From the NCBI GenBank assembly GCA_963801355.1, contig CAWDEM010000008.1, positions 2,240,001 through 2,304,000 of the forward strand: a stretch of 64,000 bases of DNA. Reading direction: 5' to 3'. The notes beneath the pieces were generated by a model. The model was not told the origin of the DNA, did not search any database, and saw only the letters and a list, made by a program, of their open reading frames with translations. The stretch comes from Ignavibacteriota bacterium (GTDB lineage Bacteria > Bacteroidota > Ignavibacteria > UBA10030 > UBA6906). The position numbers and the translations under genes were made by a program. Position 1 is the stretch's first letter, and each line of letters opens with the position of its first letter. Of this stretch, positions 41,339 through 51,775 are shown piece by piece.

Positions 41339-44173
41339 ATGAAGATGACGAGCAGGACTATGTGGCTGTTGTGCCTTCTCCTGAGCGGGGTCGGCAGTTC
41401 CGCTCACGCGCAGTTCGATCGTCCATGGCAAATCTATCTCGTGCCGTCTTCACACATTGATGTCGGCTATACGGCCCCCGTCGGGCAGGTCCTGCAAGAC
41501 CATCTGCGCTACCTTGACACTGTCGTGGTCTGGACGGAACGAACGAACGGCAATCTTCCCGGTGAGCAGTTTCGCTGGACTATCGAGATTCCATGGGTGG
41601 TGGAGGCGTATCAGCAACATCGCACTGCCGCGCAGGTCGAACGTCTGATGGCGTGCGTGCGACGCGGTGAGGTTGAGATCGGCGGGATGTACTTCGGCCT
41701 GCAAACCGATTTGTGCGGCAACGAGGAACTCGTGCGTTCGCTCATATTTTCCCAGGAGATGCGCAATACGTACAACATTCCCGTCCGCACGGCATTCATC
41801 AACGACACTCCCGGTTTGACCTGGTCGCTCGCACAGCTCATGCCGAAGGCGGGAATACAATATCTGTCGGTGGCAATGAACTCATTCCTGTCCGACTTCT
41901 ACACAACGACGACGCTGCCCAATCTCTTCCATGTGCAGGCGCAGAACGGTGAGAAGCTCTTGGTGTGGCGTTCCATCGACAAGACGTGGGCGTACCTTGA
42001 GGGGAGCGTGACCTGTGCAGTCTATGCACCCGGGCCGGCGATTATGCAAACGAATCTCACCAAGTTTCTCCAGGCATTGGCGGGCAGCGGCTATCCATAC
42101 AACGAAGTGATGATCAACTGCGCCACCGGTGACAACGGCGCCCCTAATTTCACGATTGTCAACAATGCCAAGGATTGGAACGGTACATTCCCCAACGCAC
42201 GAATCCAGATAAGTACCGCGACAGCATTTTTTGATACTATGGTGGCCCGCCATGCCGCACAGATCCCGGTGTACAGCGGCGATGCGCCAAACTGGTGGTC
42301 ATGGCTTTTTGCCCCGTCCGCAACAGGCGGCAACGTGCTCTCCCGGAACGCCCATATGCTCCTTCCCGCTGCCGAAACCTTCGCTACCTTCGCTGCACAG
42401 AAGGATCCCGCGTTCATGATCACGCCGACAACACTGCGCAACGCCTACATCAACAATCTGACGTTTGAAGATCATAACCTCGGGGCGAACTATGCAGGGG
42501 GCAACGAGCCCTTCTGGGTTCTTAAGATGGGCTGGATCAACGCCGCGGTCGATACCGGCACGGCCGTTCTGGACCGGGCCATCGATGCGATTGGGCGAAG
42601 CATTCCCACGGGGACAACACCAGCGATAGCGGTATTCAATCCTCTTGCATGGGAACGTTCGATACCTGTGACGCTCACCGCATCACAGGTGACCTCCCTT
42701 GGGGTATGTGACATCCAAGAAGAATCGACGGGAGCGATGGTGCCCGCGCAGCTATTGCATGACGGTTCACTCTGCTTTATCGCAGCGCACGTCCCCTCGG
42801 TCGGCTATGCGGTCTATCGTATTGTGCCGAAGACAGAACCTTTCCTCCCGCCGCGTCCGCTTGCGGGATACACGGTAGAAAACGCATCATACCGGGTGGA
42901 TGTGGATCCAGCGACGGGCGGAGTGCTCTCCCTGATCGACAAGGGCACCGGCAGAGAGATTGTCTCCGGTGCAGGTCAGTTCAATCAGTACCGCTACAAC
43001 AACACTTTTTCCCCCTCAGGGATGACGATCCGCGCTTCGGATAGCGGATCCGTCTTGCAGTCCATCACGCTTCAAGGATCAGCACAGGGAACGAGCATGT
43101 TCGCCACGACTGTTGCCCTGTATGAAGCCATTAAGCGTCTGGAAATGCGCAGTGTGTACAACAAACTCATTCCGACCTCAACTGAGACGGTGGATTTCCA
43201 TTTCTCCTTTGCCGTGCCATCGCCGCAGATGAGATACGAAATACCGTTCGGCGACGTCAGGCTGTTCGCTGATGAGCTGAGCGGATTCAGCGTGAAACAC
43301 TACGCCTTCGGCCAGTGGCTGGATGTCGTGTCGGGCACGAACGATTTTGCCGCCGTGCTCGCCGTAAAGAACGCCTCAGTGACAGCTCATCCAAGCGGGA
43401 CATTTGAGGGCAACGTGCGCATCATGGTCTCCTACAACGATGCAGCATCAGCGTACCGCGCCGGTGTGGGACAGGTGCCCATGGACTTTTCGTTGACGAC
43501 CGCGTCAGGTTATTTCGCGGACTCCTCTATGCGCCATGCATATTCGTTCAGTGCGCCGGCACCGGTCCGGATCTTGCCTGCCGGCCAAAAGGGGACGCTG
43601 GGCGGCGGACGTCACTCTTTCCTGAGCGTCACGCCGGCGTGTCTCCTGCTCTCGACGGTAAAACCACCCGTGAGCGGAACCGGCTGCATCGTGCGTCTCT
43701 TCAATCCGCTTGATCACGCGGTCCCCGCAGTCTTGAAGTTCTCCGCTGCGGTACTGTCCGCGCGTGAGACGTCTCTGTTGGAAGTCGACGGTGCCACACT
43801 GGTATTCCGGCACGACTCTGTGTTTGCAGTATGGAACCCGTATGAAGTAAAAACCCTGCGCGTGCAACTTGCAGAGCCGACGTCCGCAGGACAATTCGAG
43901 GATGTCCCAGGCACATTCGATCTCGAACAGAATTATCCAAATCCTTTTAACCCGAGTACGACCATACGATTCTCAATTGTGGATCCACAATTCACCATTG
44001 TGAAGGTGTACGATCTGCTGGGGCGGGAGGTGGCGGTGCTCGTGAATGAACAGGTACCACCAGGACAACATGCTGTTGCATTCGATGCATCGCGACTTGC
44101 CAGCGGCACCTACGTGTGCCGGCTCCAGTCGGGAACGCACATCTCCACCATCAAAATGATGCTCGTCCGGTGA
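41339..44173 (+). CDS. GH38-like glycoside hydrolase with T9SS type A C-terminal domain
   Basis: Signal peptide (..SAHA-Q), SHIDVGYT, FRWTIE, NDTPG; CTD QNYPNPFNP...VYDLLGREV...LASGTY...KMMLVR. Start could be 41333, 41339 or 41345. Confidence 0.82.
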   Translation: MKMTSRTMWLLCLLLSGVGSSAHAQFDRPWQIYLVPSSHIDVGYTAPVGQVLQDHLRYLDTVVVWTERTNGNLPGEQFRWTIEIPWVVEAYQQHRTAAQVERLMACVRRGEVEIGGMYFGLQTDLCGNEELVRSLIFSQEMRNTYNIPVRTAFINDTPGLTWSLAQLMPKAGIQYLSVAMNSFLSDFYTTTTLPNLFHVQAQNGEKLLVWRSIDKTWAYLEGSVTCAVYAPGPAIMQTNLTKFLQALAGSGYPYNEVMINCATGDNGAPNFTIVNNAKDWNGTFPNARIQISTATAFFDTMVARHAAQIPVYSGDAPNWWSWLFAPSATGGNVLSRNAHMLLPAAETFATFAAQKDPAFMITPTTLRNAYINNLTFEDHNLGANYAGGNEPFWVLKMGWINAAVDTGTAVLDRAIDAIGRSIPTGTTPAIAVFNPLAWERSIPVTLTASQVTSLGVCDIQEESTGAMVPAQLLHDGSLCFIAAHVPSVGYAVYRIVPKTEPFLPPRPLAGYTVENASYRVDVDPATGGVLSLIDKGTGREIVSGAGQFNQYRYNNTFSPSGMTIRASDSGSVLQSITLQGSAQGTSMFATTVALYEAIKRLEMRSVYNKLIPTSTETVDFHFSFAVPSPQMRYEIPFGDVRLFADELSGFSVKHYAFGQWLDVVSGTNDFAAVLAVKNASVTAHPSGTFEGNVRIMVSYNDAASAYRAGVGQVPMDFSLTTASGYFADSSMRHAYSFSAPAPVRILPAGQKGTLGGGRHSFLSVTPACLLLSTVKPPVSGTGCIVRLFNPLDHAVPAVLKFSAAVLSARETSLLEVDGATLVFRHDSVFAVWNPYEVKTLRVQLAEPTSAGQFEDVPGTFDLEQNYPNPFNPSTTIRFSIVDPQFTIVKVYDLLGREVAVLVNEQVPPGQHAVAFDASRLASGTYVCRLQSGTHISTIKMMLVR

Positions 44174-44181
44174 GAACAACT

Positions 44182-45501
44182 ATGACACGGATCGCCGTCG
44201 GTCTCTCTGCCGCGGCGTTCATACTGCTCCTCGTCTGGGATGCGGGAGGAGAACGGCAACGGGACGACGGGCGACTGCACATCCGGTATTGGACTATCAT
44301 CGGGATGAAGGAAATCATTCCGTACTTCGCACGGTCCTTCGGCGATACCCAGGATCGCATTGTCGTTGATACAACCCCTATTCCCTGGCAGGAACATGAG
44401 AAGAAGATACTGACCTCGATCGTGAGCGGCAATCCACCCGACGTTGTCAACCAGATGACTCCGGTTGCCAAGTGGGCGTCGCGGCTGGCGCTGGTGCCGC
44501 TGGATGAGTATATTCGCCGGGATCATTTCGACACCACTATGTTTTTTAAGTCTCTCTGGGAGGAGATGCGCTATCGCGGTCGGATCTACGGCATCCCGGT
44601 CTACTCCGGATCGTATGCCCTCTTTTATAACAGAACGCTCTTCCGTGAGGCGGGCCTCGATCCCGACAAACCCCCGCACACATGGGAGGACGTTTTCGCA
44701 TTGAACAAGCGGTTCGTCAGGAGGGACGCCCGCGGGCATCTGCTCAGGATGGGGTTCATCCCCAACTACGGCAACGTCCAGACCTTCATGTTAATGGCCT
44801 GGCAGCAAGGAGCCTCTTTCGTGAGCCCCGACGGTACGCGGATTCAGGTCGCCGATTCTTCGGTGGTACATGCACTGCAGTGGGTGCAGCGGTTTTACGC
44901 TGAGTATGACCAGCGGGATATCGCAGCGTTCCTCGGCGGACTCGGGTTTGCAGATCAACACGGCTTCATCGCGGGAAAGGTCGCGATGATGATCCTTGAC
45001 AGCAGTTTTCCCGATCAGATTCGCGCTTACAAACCGGGGCTGGACTACGGTGTGGCCATGATCCCGACGTTTCCCGGAGATCCCACGGCGTCCGTTTCCG
45101 GCAGCTGGTGGCTGGGAATTCCTCGGGGGGCAAAACACCCCGAGGAAGCCTGGCAGTTCATCAAACACGCCGTCACCAAAGAATCCCAGCTGCTGGAAAT
45201 TGAAAAGACTGAGGAAAGTCTGTTCCCTGCAAACCGTCTCGCCGCGGAGGATCCCCGGTTCATGAACACGCCGGCCCGGGAGGTGTTCGTGCGTATGATG
45301 GAGTTCTCGCATTCGCCATCAATCGTCCCCCTTGCCCACGATATGTTCTGGCGCGAGATCTCTGGCGCACAGGAACGGGTTATCCACAATCTGCAATCCC
45401 CCGACGAGGCCCTGCGCCAGGCGGAACGGCAGATCCAGGCCATCCTCGACGATGCACGGGATTACGACCTGTATGTGCATACTCATGCGGGAGGAGAGTA
45501 A
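44182..45501 (+). CDS. ABC transporter sugar-binding protein (family 1)
   Basis: N-terminal hydrophobic helix, SGNPPDV, YGIP...LFYN..LF..AGL..PP.TW and F..GKVAM. Confidence 0.9.
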   Translation: MTRIAVGLSAAAFILLLVWDAGGERQRDDGRLHIRYWTIIGMKEIIPYFARSFGDTQDRIVVDTTPIPWQEHEKKILTSIVSGNPPDVVNQMTPVAKWASRLALVPLDEYIRRDHFDTTMFFKSLWEEMRYRGRIYGIPVYSGSYALFYNRTLFREAGLDPDKPPHTWEDVFALNKRFVRRDARGHLLRMGFIPNYGNVQTFMLMAWQQGASFVSPDGTRIQVADSSVVHALQWVQRFYAEYDQRDIAAFLGGLGFADQHGFIAGKVAMMILDSSFPDQIRAYKPGLDYGVAMIPTFPGDPTASVSGSWWLGIPRGAKHPEEAWQFIKHAVTKESQLLEIEKTEESLFPANRLAAEDPRFMNTPAREVFVRMMEFSHSPSIVPLAHDMFWREISGAQERVIHNLQSPDEALRQAERQIQAILDDARDYDLYVHTHAGGE

Positions 45502-46425
45502 ATGAAAGGGATCGACACAACCTGGATGCGCACGCCGCGCCGCAGGCAGGAAGCCTTCCTGGGTATCCTCTTTGCATCGCCGTGGCTTGTCGGATTCCTG
45601 GTGTTCGGCCTCTATCCGATGATTATGTCGCTGTACTTCAGCCTCTGCCGGTATGATGTGCTGCGCATCCCTCAGTTCATCGGACTTGGCAACTATCACA
45701 CACTCCTTGCACGCGATCCGTATTTTTGGACGGCGGTAGAGAACACCCTCTCTTATGCCCTCGTGCGCACACCGCTTTGCGTCGCCGGTTCGCTGTTCCT
45801 CGCCGTGCTGATCAATCGTGCCACGCGCGGTGCGCGGCTCTACCGGACGGTCTTCTTCCTCCCATCCATCGTCTCCGGCGTGGTTGTTTCTGTTCTCTGG
45901 CTCTGGCTCCTGAATCCCCAGTACGGGCTCATCAACTCGGCTCTCCAGTTGGTCGGCATCAACGGGCCGCTCTGGTTGCAGAGCCCCGAGTGGTCCAAGC
46001 CATCCCTTGTCCTTATGAGCCTCTGGTCGATCGGCGGCGGCCGGATGATCGTGTTCCTCGCCGCCCTCCAGACTGTGCCGCAGCATCTGTATGAGGTTGT
46101 CGACCTGGATGGGGGAGGTGCATGGCAGAAGTTCCGGCACGTCACCTTGCCCATGATTTCACCGGTGCTGTTTTTGTGGATTGTACTGGAAGTCATCTTT
46201 TCGTTTCAGGTGTTCACAGAATCCTATGTCATGACCAAAGGCGGACCGCTCAACTCCACGCTGTTCTATAATCTGTATCTGTACTACAAGGCGTTTGATG
46301 ATTTCGACATGGGATACGCCTCCGCACTTGCATGGCTCCTGCTCCTGTTCTCAGTGGTCGTCACTGTGGTGCAGTTCAAAGTCGGAAAACGGTGGGTGTA
46401 CTACGAAGCCGGCCGGGGGTCTTGA
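45502..46425 (+). CDS. Carbohydrate ABC transporter permease
   Basis: FIGL.NY, GLIN, LAALQ.VP..LYE...LDG...W.KF.HVTLP and GYASA. Confidence 0.93.
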   Translation: MKGIDTTWMRTPRRRQEAFLGILFASPWLVGFLVFGLYPMIMSLYFSLCRYDVLRIPQFIGLGNYHTLLARDPYFWTAVENTLSYALVRTPLCVAGSLFLAVLINRATRGARLYRTVFFLPSIVSGVVVSVLWLWLLNPQYGLINSALQLVGINGPLWLQSPEWSKPSLVLMSLWSIGGGRMIVFLAALQTVPQHLYEVVDLDGGGAWQKFRHVTLPMISPVLFLWIVLEVIFSFQVFTESYVMTKGGPLNSTLFYNLYLYYKAFDDFDMGYASALAWLLLLFSVVVTVVQFKVGKRWVYYEAGRGS

Positions 46426-46428
46426 GCG

Positions 46429-47265
46429 ATGACGCATCGACACAAAGGATGGAAACAGCTGGGGCTGTACACCGTACTGACGGCGTTCGGCGCCTTGTTC
46501 CTGATTCCCTTTCTGTGGGTGCTTTCGACTTCGCTCAAGGGCAATGAGCAAATCTTTACCATTCCCCCGCAGTGGATTCCGTTGCGGCTCCACTGGGAGA
46601 ACTACACGGAAATTTTCCGGCGCATGCCGGTGCTCCTGTATCTGAAGAACTCTGTGATTGTAACGGTGTTGCAGATGGTCGGCATCGTGGGTTCGAGCTC
46701 TCTGGTCGCGTATGCCTTCGCCATCCTCCGGTGGCCGGGCCGGAATCTCCTGTTTGGCGTCCTTCTTGCGACAATGATGCTTCCGATGCAGGTGACAATG
46801 ATCCCGGTGTTCGTGCTCTTCAAGCAACTCGGTTGGCTGGACACATTCAAGCCACTGGTCGTGCCGGCGTTCCTGGGCGGGGGCGCATTCAACATCTTCT
46901 TGCTGCGCCAGTTCTTCCTGGGCATTCCAGGAGAAATTGCCGACGCTGCCCGCATCGACGGATGCTCGGAATTCCGCATCTACTGGAACATCATGCTGCC
47001 CCTGGCCTCGCCCGCACTGGCAACGGTCGCCATCATGACCTTCATGTTCTCATGGAACGATTTCCTCGGACCGCTCATCTATCTGTCCGAAAAGGACAAG
47101 AGCACGTTGGCACTGGGTTTATCAATGTTCGTCGGACAGCAAACAAGTGAGTGGGCACTGCTGATGGCAGCTTCCATATTGATGATGCTTCCGATGGTGG
47201 CAGTCTTTTTCTTCTTCCAGAAATATATCATCCAGGGCTTCACTATGAGCGGACTCAAAGGATGA
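46429..47265 (+). CDS. Carbohydrate ABC transporter permease
   Basis: FLLRQFF..IP.E..DAARIDG, WNDFL.PL and FQKY...G....GLKG. Confidence 0.93.
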   Translation: MTHRHKGWKQLGLYTVLTAFGALFLIPFLWVLSTSLKGNEQIFTIPPQWIPLRLHWENYTEIFRRMPVLLYLKNSVIVTVLQMVGIVGSSSLVAYAFAILRWPGRNLLFGVLLATMMLPMQVTMIPVFVLFKQLGWLDTFKPLVVPAFLGGGAFNIFLLRQFFLGIPGEIADAARIDGCSEFRIYWNIMLPLASPALATVAIMTFMFSWNDFLGPLIYLSEKDKSTLALGLSMFVGQQTSEWALLMAASILMMLPMVAVFFFFQKYIIQGFTMSGLKG

Positions 47266-50200
47266 ATCGGTACGCAAGGGTTCTCGTGGCCGTCATGGCC
47301 GTCGGGGTCGTCAGCACCGGATATGCGACCGCCCAGCAGACAATGCGGCTGTCGTTGCGGAATGATGGCTCTGTTCCTGCCTGGCTGGTGGCAGGACCAT
47401 TTGAACAGGGAATCGAAGGGTTCGGCCAATGGCGGTCTGTCGATGCGATCGGCGAAGATTCCGTCAGGCCCCGGACAGGAGGTTTCCTCTCCGCACCTCT
47501 GGTGCAGGGCGGCTCCACAACCTGGGCAGTCCAGTCAGTGGACGCACGCGGCTATCTCGATCTGAATAGTTCGGTGGGGTGGTCGATACCCGGCCGGACG
47601 CCCGAGCAGGTCTGGTGGACGAAAGCGGCATATGCGTATGTCAAAATGGAATCCGCGTCGGCGCGGAAATTGCATCTGTTGGTCGGCACGAACTCACAGC
47701 TCGTGGTCTTCATCAATGGTACGACGGTCCATCAGTTTTCCGGTCAACGGGATGCCGTTCCCGATGACGATACGGTGGACCTCCCCATCGCTGCCGGTGT
47801 CAATCATCTGCTCATGAAGATCGGCAATACCCACAAGAATCACCGGTCACCGTTCTTCGGCGGGATCAGCTTCGGGTGGGGAAGCTATTGCCGACTGCTG
47901 ACGCGCGACGGACAGGTTCCTCAGGATATCACCATCACATTCGACGATGTGCCTTCAGGCCCGCTGATGCAGCTCCACTCCACCTTCTTCTTCCGCAAGA
48001 GTGGCAATGCCCTCCAACAACGGCATGACCTTGAGATCTTTTCTCCCGGCGAGGATTCCACCGCCGGAAGCCTTGTCATGGTGGCGAACGGGCAGACCGT
48101 CCGGCATGCGCTTCCCTCCCTGCAGTGGGGGTGGAACCGTGTTCCATTGTGGCACGCGGCCCAAACAGCCAACACGCCTGCAAGCTTCCGTCTGGAAATC
48201 GGCACCAAGGGCATCACTCATTCTGACACCCTTCGCGCGGAACAGCGGTACGAACTCCAGCTGGTGTTCCTGACCCACACCGACATCGGCTACACACATC
48301 CCCAGCCGGTGGTGAAGGAGTTGCACTGTGCCGCACTTGATGAAGTGCTGGCCCTCTGCAGGAAACATCCCGATTTTCGCTGGACGATTGAAACGGTCTG
48401 GCAGCTCGAGCAATATCAACAATCGCGTTCGAAAGCAGCCATACAGGAATTGTACCGCTACATGCGCGAGGGACGTATAGCCCTATCCCCTGTCTCCACC
48501 AATCCATACACCGGCTGGGTGAGTGAGGAGGAGATGATCCGGGCAATGTATCCCGGCCGCGATGTTCAGCAGCTCCTGGGGATCTCGACGCCCGGTGCCG
48601 TGTACAATGACGTGCCGGGTCTTGCATGGATGATGCCTCGTATTCTCTCGGACGCCGGTGTCCGGCTCATCCTGTGTGGACTGAACGAGGTCTACGGCGG
48701 ATATGCACTGCAGCGCGCACTTCCGAAGGCCTTCCTTTGGGAAGGCGGCGATGGCACGCGTCTCGCAGTGTACAGGAATGAGACCTACACGGAAGGGACC
48801 GACTATGGACTGGAGCACGACCCGCCCGTAATTGCCCACCGCATGTGGGAGCGCCTCCTCCGCCTCCGGGCCTCGAGGGAAGACCGTCGGATGGTCCTGC
48901 TCAACTCCGCCTGGTTTGACAACGGTCCGCCCGCCGCCCACCAGTTCGAAGCGGCAAGGAAGTGGAACGCCGAGTATGCCTATCCGCGATTTGTCGTCAC
49001 GACACTGGCGGACGCAGCGAAGGCTTTCATCCGTGACTATGCACATGCTCTTCCGGTGTTGAGGGGAGATTGGACATCGTCATGGGACATGCTCTACCAG
49101 GGAGAACCTGAACGCGTGGCAAGGGAGCGGGCAACACAGCAAAGCCTCATTGCGGCCGAGGCCCTCGATGCCCTCACCACGGTCATCCGACCAGAGGTGG
49201 TGCCGGCCACAAAGGCCGCAGACAACGCCTATGCAGCACTGTTGGAGTACAGCGGCCATGGCAGCGGCTTGGAGGCCGGGTTTGGCACCCCTGGTGAGAA
49301 TGCCCTGACGATGCAGATGCGCGAGCAGTACCTCCGAAATGCCGGCAGCATTACGGCGGAGCTGTACTACCGTGCGCTCACTCGGATCATCCGGGCTGAA
49401 GAAGCGTTCGACGCCGAAGGGATCATCGCGGTGAACCCACTGTCGTGGCAATGCACCGTGCCAGTTGAAATCGAGCTTAAAGACTCCTCAGATCATCAGC
49501 TCGAGCTGACCGACCCTCTGACGGGTCGAATGGTCCCCAGCTTCCGGATGGGCCATCGGCTTTCCTTCGTGGCACCAGATCTTCCTCCGATGGGATTCCG
49601 CAAATTCTTTACCTCATCTGGAAAGCAGGGAACCCCCGCCCCGGATAGCCAGGATCTGAGACTCACTGGTTCATACATCGAAAACAGGGCTTATCGTATC
49701 ACCTTTGATCCACACGGAGGACTGGTCACATCGATTGTTGACAAGCGCAGCGGCATCGAGCTGCTCTCCTCCCGTGGCATGCCGTTCAACGAACCCATGG
49801 TCCAGACGGGTGTTGCGGGACGCGGATATAGACCGGCGAGCGGAGAAAACGGTCAGTGTACCGTTACCGACGAACGCCCGGTCCGACTCGTCCTCTCGAT
49901 TCTGCGTCCCGGTAGAGTTATCGAAAAAACGGAGTATATATTATGGACCGGTGTCGATCGGGTTGACCTCCTCCACACCGTGAACCTGGAGCAACTCCGG
50001 CCCCCAAAGGAGGTCGAAGTGTACGCTGCGGCGTTTCCGTTCGCGTTCGCAGGCTCATCTGTCGCGTTCATGGACCTTCTGGGGGGAGTTGCACGAGTCC
50101 CAGACCAACGTCTCCCGGGAGCACTGAACGATATCTACTCCATCAGGCGGTCTGCCGCGGTGACAGATGGCCGCACGTGCATCGCACTTGCCGCAGTTGA

Positions 50201-50717
50201 CAGCCGGATTCTCTTTTGGAAGAGAGACTCGCTCACCGGGGGTTCTGTCCTCATGGTCAACCTGGTCAACAATTTCCCACTCGAGTGGAACAGAAACGAG
50301 GCGAACGCAGGCCGCCTGCGCCTCCGGTTCGCGTTCAGGAGCATGCCGGGATCCTACGATGCAGATGGAACAGCGCGCTTCGGTTGGGAGGTACAGACTA
50401 ACTTTTTTGCACGGACCACGTTATTGCGAAAAGCACCAGCGCAAATGAGCTATCTTGCGGTTGCAGGCAGAAATGCCTTGCTCACCGGCCTGAAATGCGG
50501 AACTTCATCCGACGACATTGTCCTCCGCATAACAAATGTCAGCCCTGACAGCGCAACGGATGCAACCGTTACTTCACCGTTCCTGTTGCCTGCTGACATA
50601 TCCAGGGCCTCGTTGCTGGAAACAAACAGGAAGCGGTCCGGCAGCTCCGGACCAGGCTTGCGTGTCAGGCTGCAACCGTCCGAAACACAGACTGTCATTC
50701 TGCGAAAAAAGCGTTAA
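47262..50717 (+). CDS. GH38-like glycoside hydrolase with N-terminal beta-sandwich domain; signal peptide, no CTD
   Basis: Signal ..YATA-QQ; WLVAGPF module; THTDIGYT, FRWTIE, NDVPG, DNGP and GDWT..W; ATGA-coupled to the permease. Confidence 0.8.
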   Translation: MNRYARVLVAVMAVGVVSTGYATAQQTMRLSLRNDGSVPAWLVAGPFEQGIEGFGQWRSVDAIGEDSVRPRTGGFLSAPLVQGGSTTWAVQSVDARGYLDLNSSVGWSIPGRTPEQVWWTKAAYAYVKMESASARKLHLLVGTNSQLVVFINGTTVHQFSGQRDAVPDDDTVDLPIAAGVNHLLMKIGNTHKNHRSPFFGGISFGWGSYCRLLTRDGQVPQDITITFDDVPSGPLMQLHSTFFFRKSGNALQQRHDLEIFSPGEDSTAGSLVMVANGQTVRHALPSLQWGWNRVPLWHAAQTANTPASFRLEIGTKGITHSDTLRAEQRYELQLVFLTHTDIGYTHPQPVVKELHCAALDEVLALCRKHPDFRWTIETVWQLEQYQQSRSKAAIQELYRYMREGRIALSPVSTNPYTGWVSEEEMIRAMYPGRDVQQLLGISTPGAVYNDVPGLAWMMPRILSDAGVRLILCGLNEVYGGYALQRALPKAFLWEGGDGTRLAVYRNETYTEGTDYGLEHDPPVIAHRMWERLLRLRASREDRRMVLLNSAWFDNGPPAAHQFEAARKWNAEYAYPRFVVTTLADAAKAFIRDYAHALPVLRGDWTSSWDMLYQGEPERVARERATQQSLIAAEALDALTTVIRPEVVPATKAADNAYAALLEYSGHGSGLEAGFGTPGENALTMQMREQYLRNAGSITAELYYRALTRIIRAEEAFDAEGIIAVNPLSWQCTVPVEIELKDSSDHQLELTDPLTGRMVPSFRMGHRLSFVAPDLPPMGFRKFFTSSGKQGTPAPDSQDLRLTGSYIENRAYRITFDPHGGLVTSIVDKRSGIELLSSRGMPFNEPMVQTGVAGRGYRPASGENGQCTVTDERPVRLVLSILRPGRVIEKTEYILWTGVDRVDLLHTVNLEQLRPPKEVEVYAAAFPFAFAGSSVAFMDLLGGVARVPDQRLPGALNDIYSIRRSAAVTDGRTCIALAAVDSRILFWKRDSLTGGSVLMVNLVNNFPLEWNRNEANAGRLRLRFAFRSMPGSYDADGTARFGWEVQTNFFARTTLLRKAPAQMSYLAVAGRNALLTGLKCGTSSDDIVLRITNVSPDSATDATVTSPFLLPADISRASLLETNRKRSGSSGPGLRVRLQPSETQTVILRKKR

Positions 50718-50838
50718 CATTCAAGAACACACGACAATCCCGAGAGAGGAGGGCTTGAGTAAGCCATTGCGAACTGGTATGTGACGACCATGGTTCGGTT
50801 TTTCCCCATTCCATCCACTCAACACAAGGAGGCTGTCC

Positions 50839-51681
50839 ATGAACTGGAAAAGGCTTGGTACAACGCTGTCGATACTCCTGCTGCCCCTGCTGCTCACGCG
50901 CTGTCTGATCACGCAGGTGCAGCAGCCGACGGCCGCGACAGCCAATAGCAACATCACGGTTACCGTCACCATCAAGGATGATATTGTGCCGGAGAGCAAT
51001 CCCCATAAGGGCGTTCTCTGCGTGCTGGCACCGACCGACTGGAGTTTCGTGTCCGGTACCTACACGGCTCAACTGGACAATGGCTCGGCACTCGGCAATG
51101 GTACGATCGCCCTGGCCACAAACTGGGCGGATTCCGCGACACAGGTGGTCCCGCCTCCAGCCGGGTACAAGTGGATCGGGCTTCTCTCCAGCACGGGCTA
51201 TACGTATCCCGATACCATCTTTGTGGACGCCGCGGTGGTGTTGAAGGTGGGAGCAAAGAACGGTGTGTACAATCTCGGGTACTTCACTACAAAGAACACG
51301 ACAGATCTCATCACGCACCTCGGTCCGCCGGACTTCTGGGCCGATACGGCGATGAACTTCAAGATTACCGTGACCGGAGGAACGTCTGTCGAGGAGAAAT
51401 CTCTGAACCGGGTCCCGGACTCATATGGACTCTCCCAGAATTTCCCCAATCCATTCAATCCGTCAACCTCCATCCGGTTCGACCTCAAAGAACGTTCGAC
51501 CGTACGCTTGTCGATCTTCGATGTTACCGGTCGTGAGATTGAAACGCTCGTCGATGGAGTGCGGGAAGCCGGGTCGTATGAAGTCTCGTTTTCTCCTGAA
51601 TTCCTGTCCAGCGGCGTGTACCTCTACCGTCTGCGAACGGGAGACTTCATCAAGACGTTGAAGATGGTCTATTCAAAGTAA
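50839..51681 (+). CDS. Small secreted protein with T9SS type A CTD and possible lipobox
   Basis: AAGGAGG RBS; LLLTRC; beta-rich core; QNFPNPFNP...FDVTGREI...LSSGVY.YRL...KMVYSK. Confidence 0.85.
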   Translation: MNWKRLGTTLSILLLPLLLTRCLITQVQQPTAATANSNITVTVTIKDDIVPESNPHKGVLCVLAPTDWSFVSGTYTAQLDNGSALGNGTIALATNWADSATQVVPPPAGYKWIGLLSSTGYTYPDTIFVDAAVVLKVGAKNGVYNLGYFTTKNTTDLITHLGPPDFWADTAMNFKITVTGGTSVEEKSLNRVPDSYGLSQNFPNPFNPSTSIRFDLKERSTVRLSIFDVTGREIETLVDGVREAGSYEVSFSPEFLSSGVYLYRLRTGDFIKTLKMVYSK

Positions 51682-51775
51682 CCTGTACCGTTGAACTCCC
51701 GCGAGGGCTGTGTCGCGTGCGCAGATGCGGCCAGCCCTCGCGGTACGAACAACCACTCTTCTCCAAAGGCGACGC

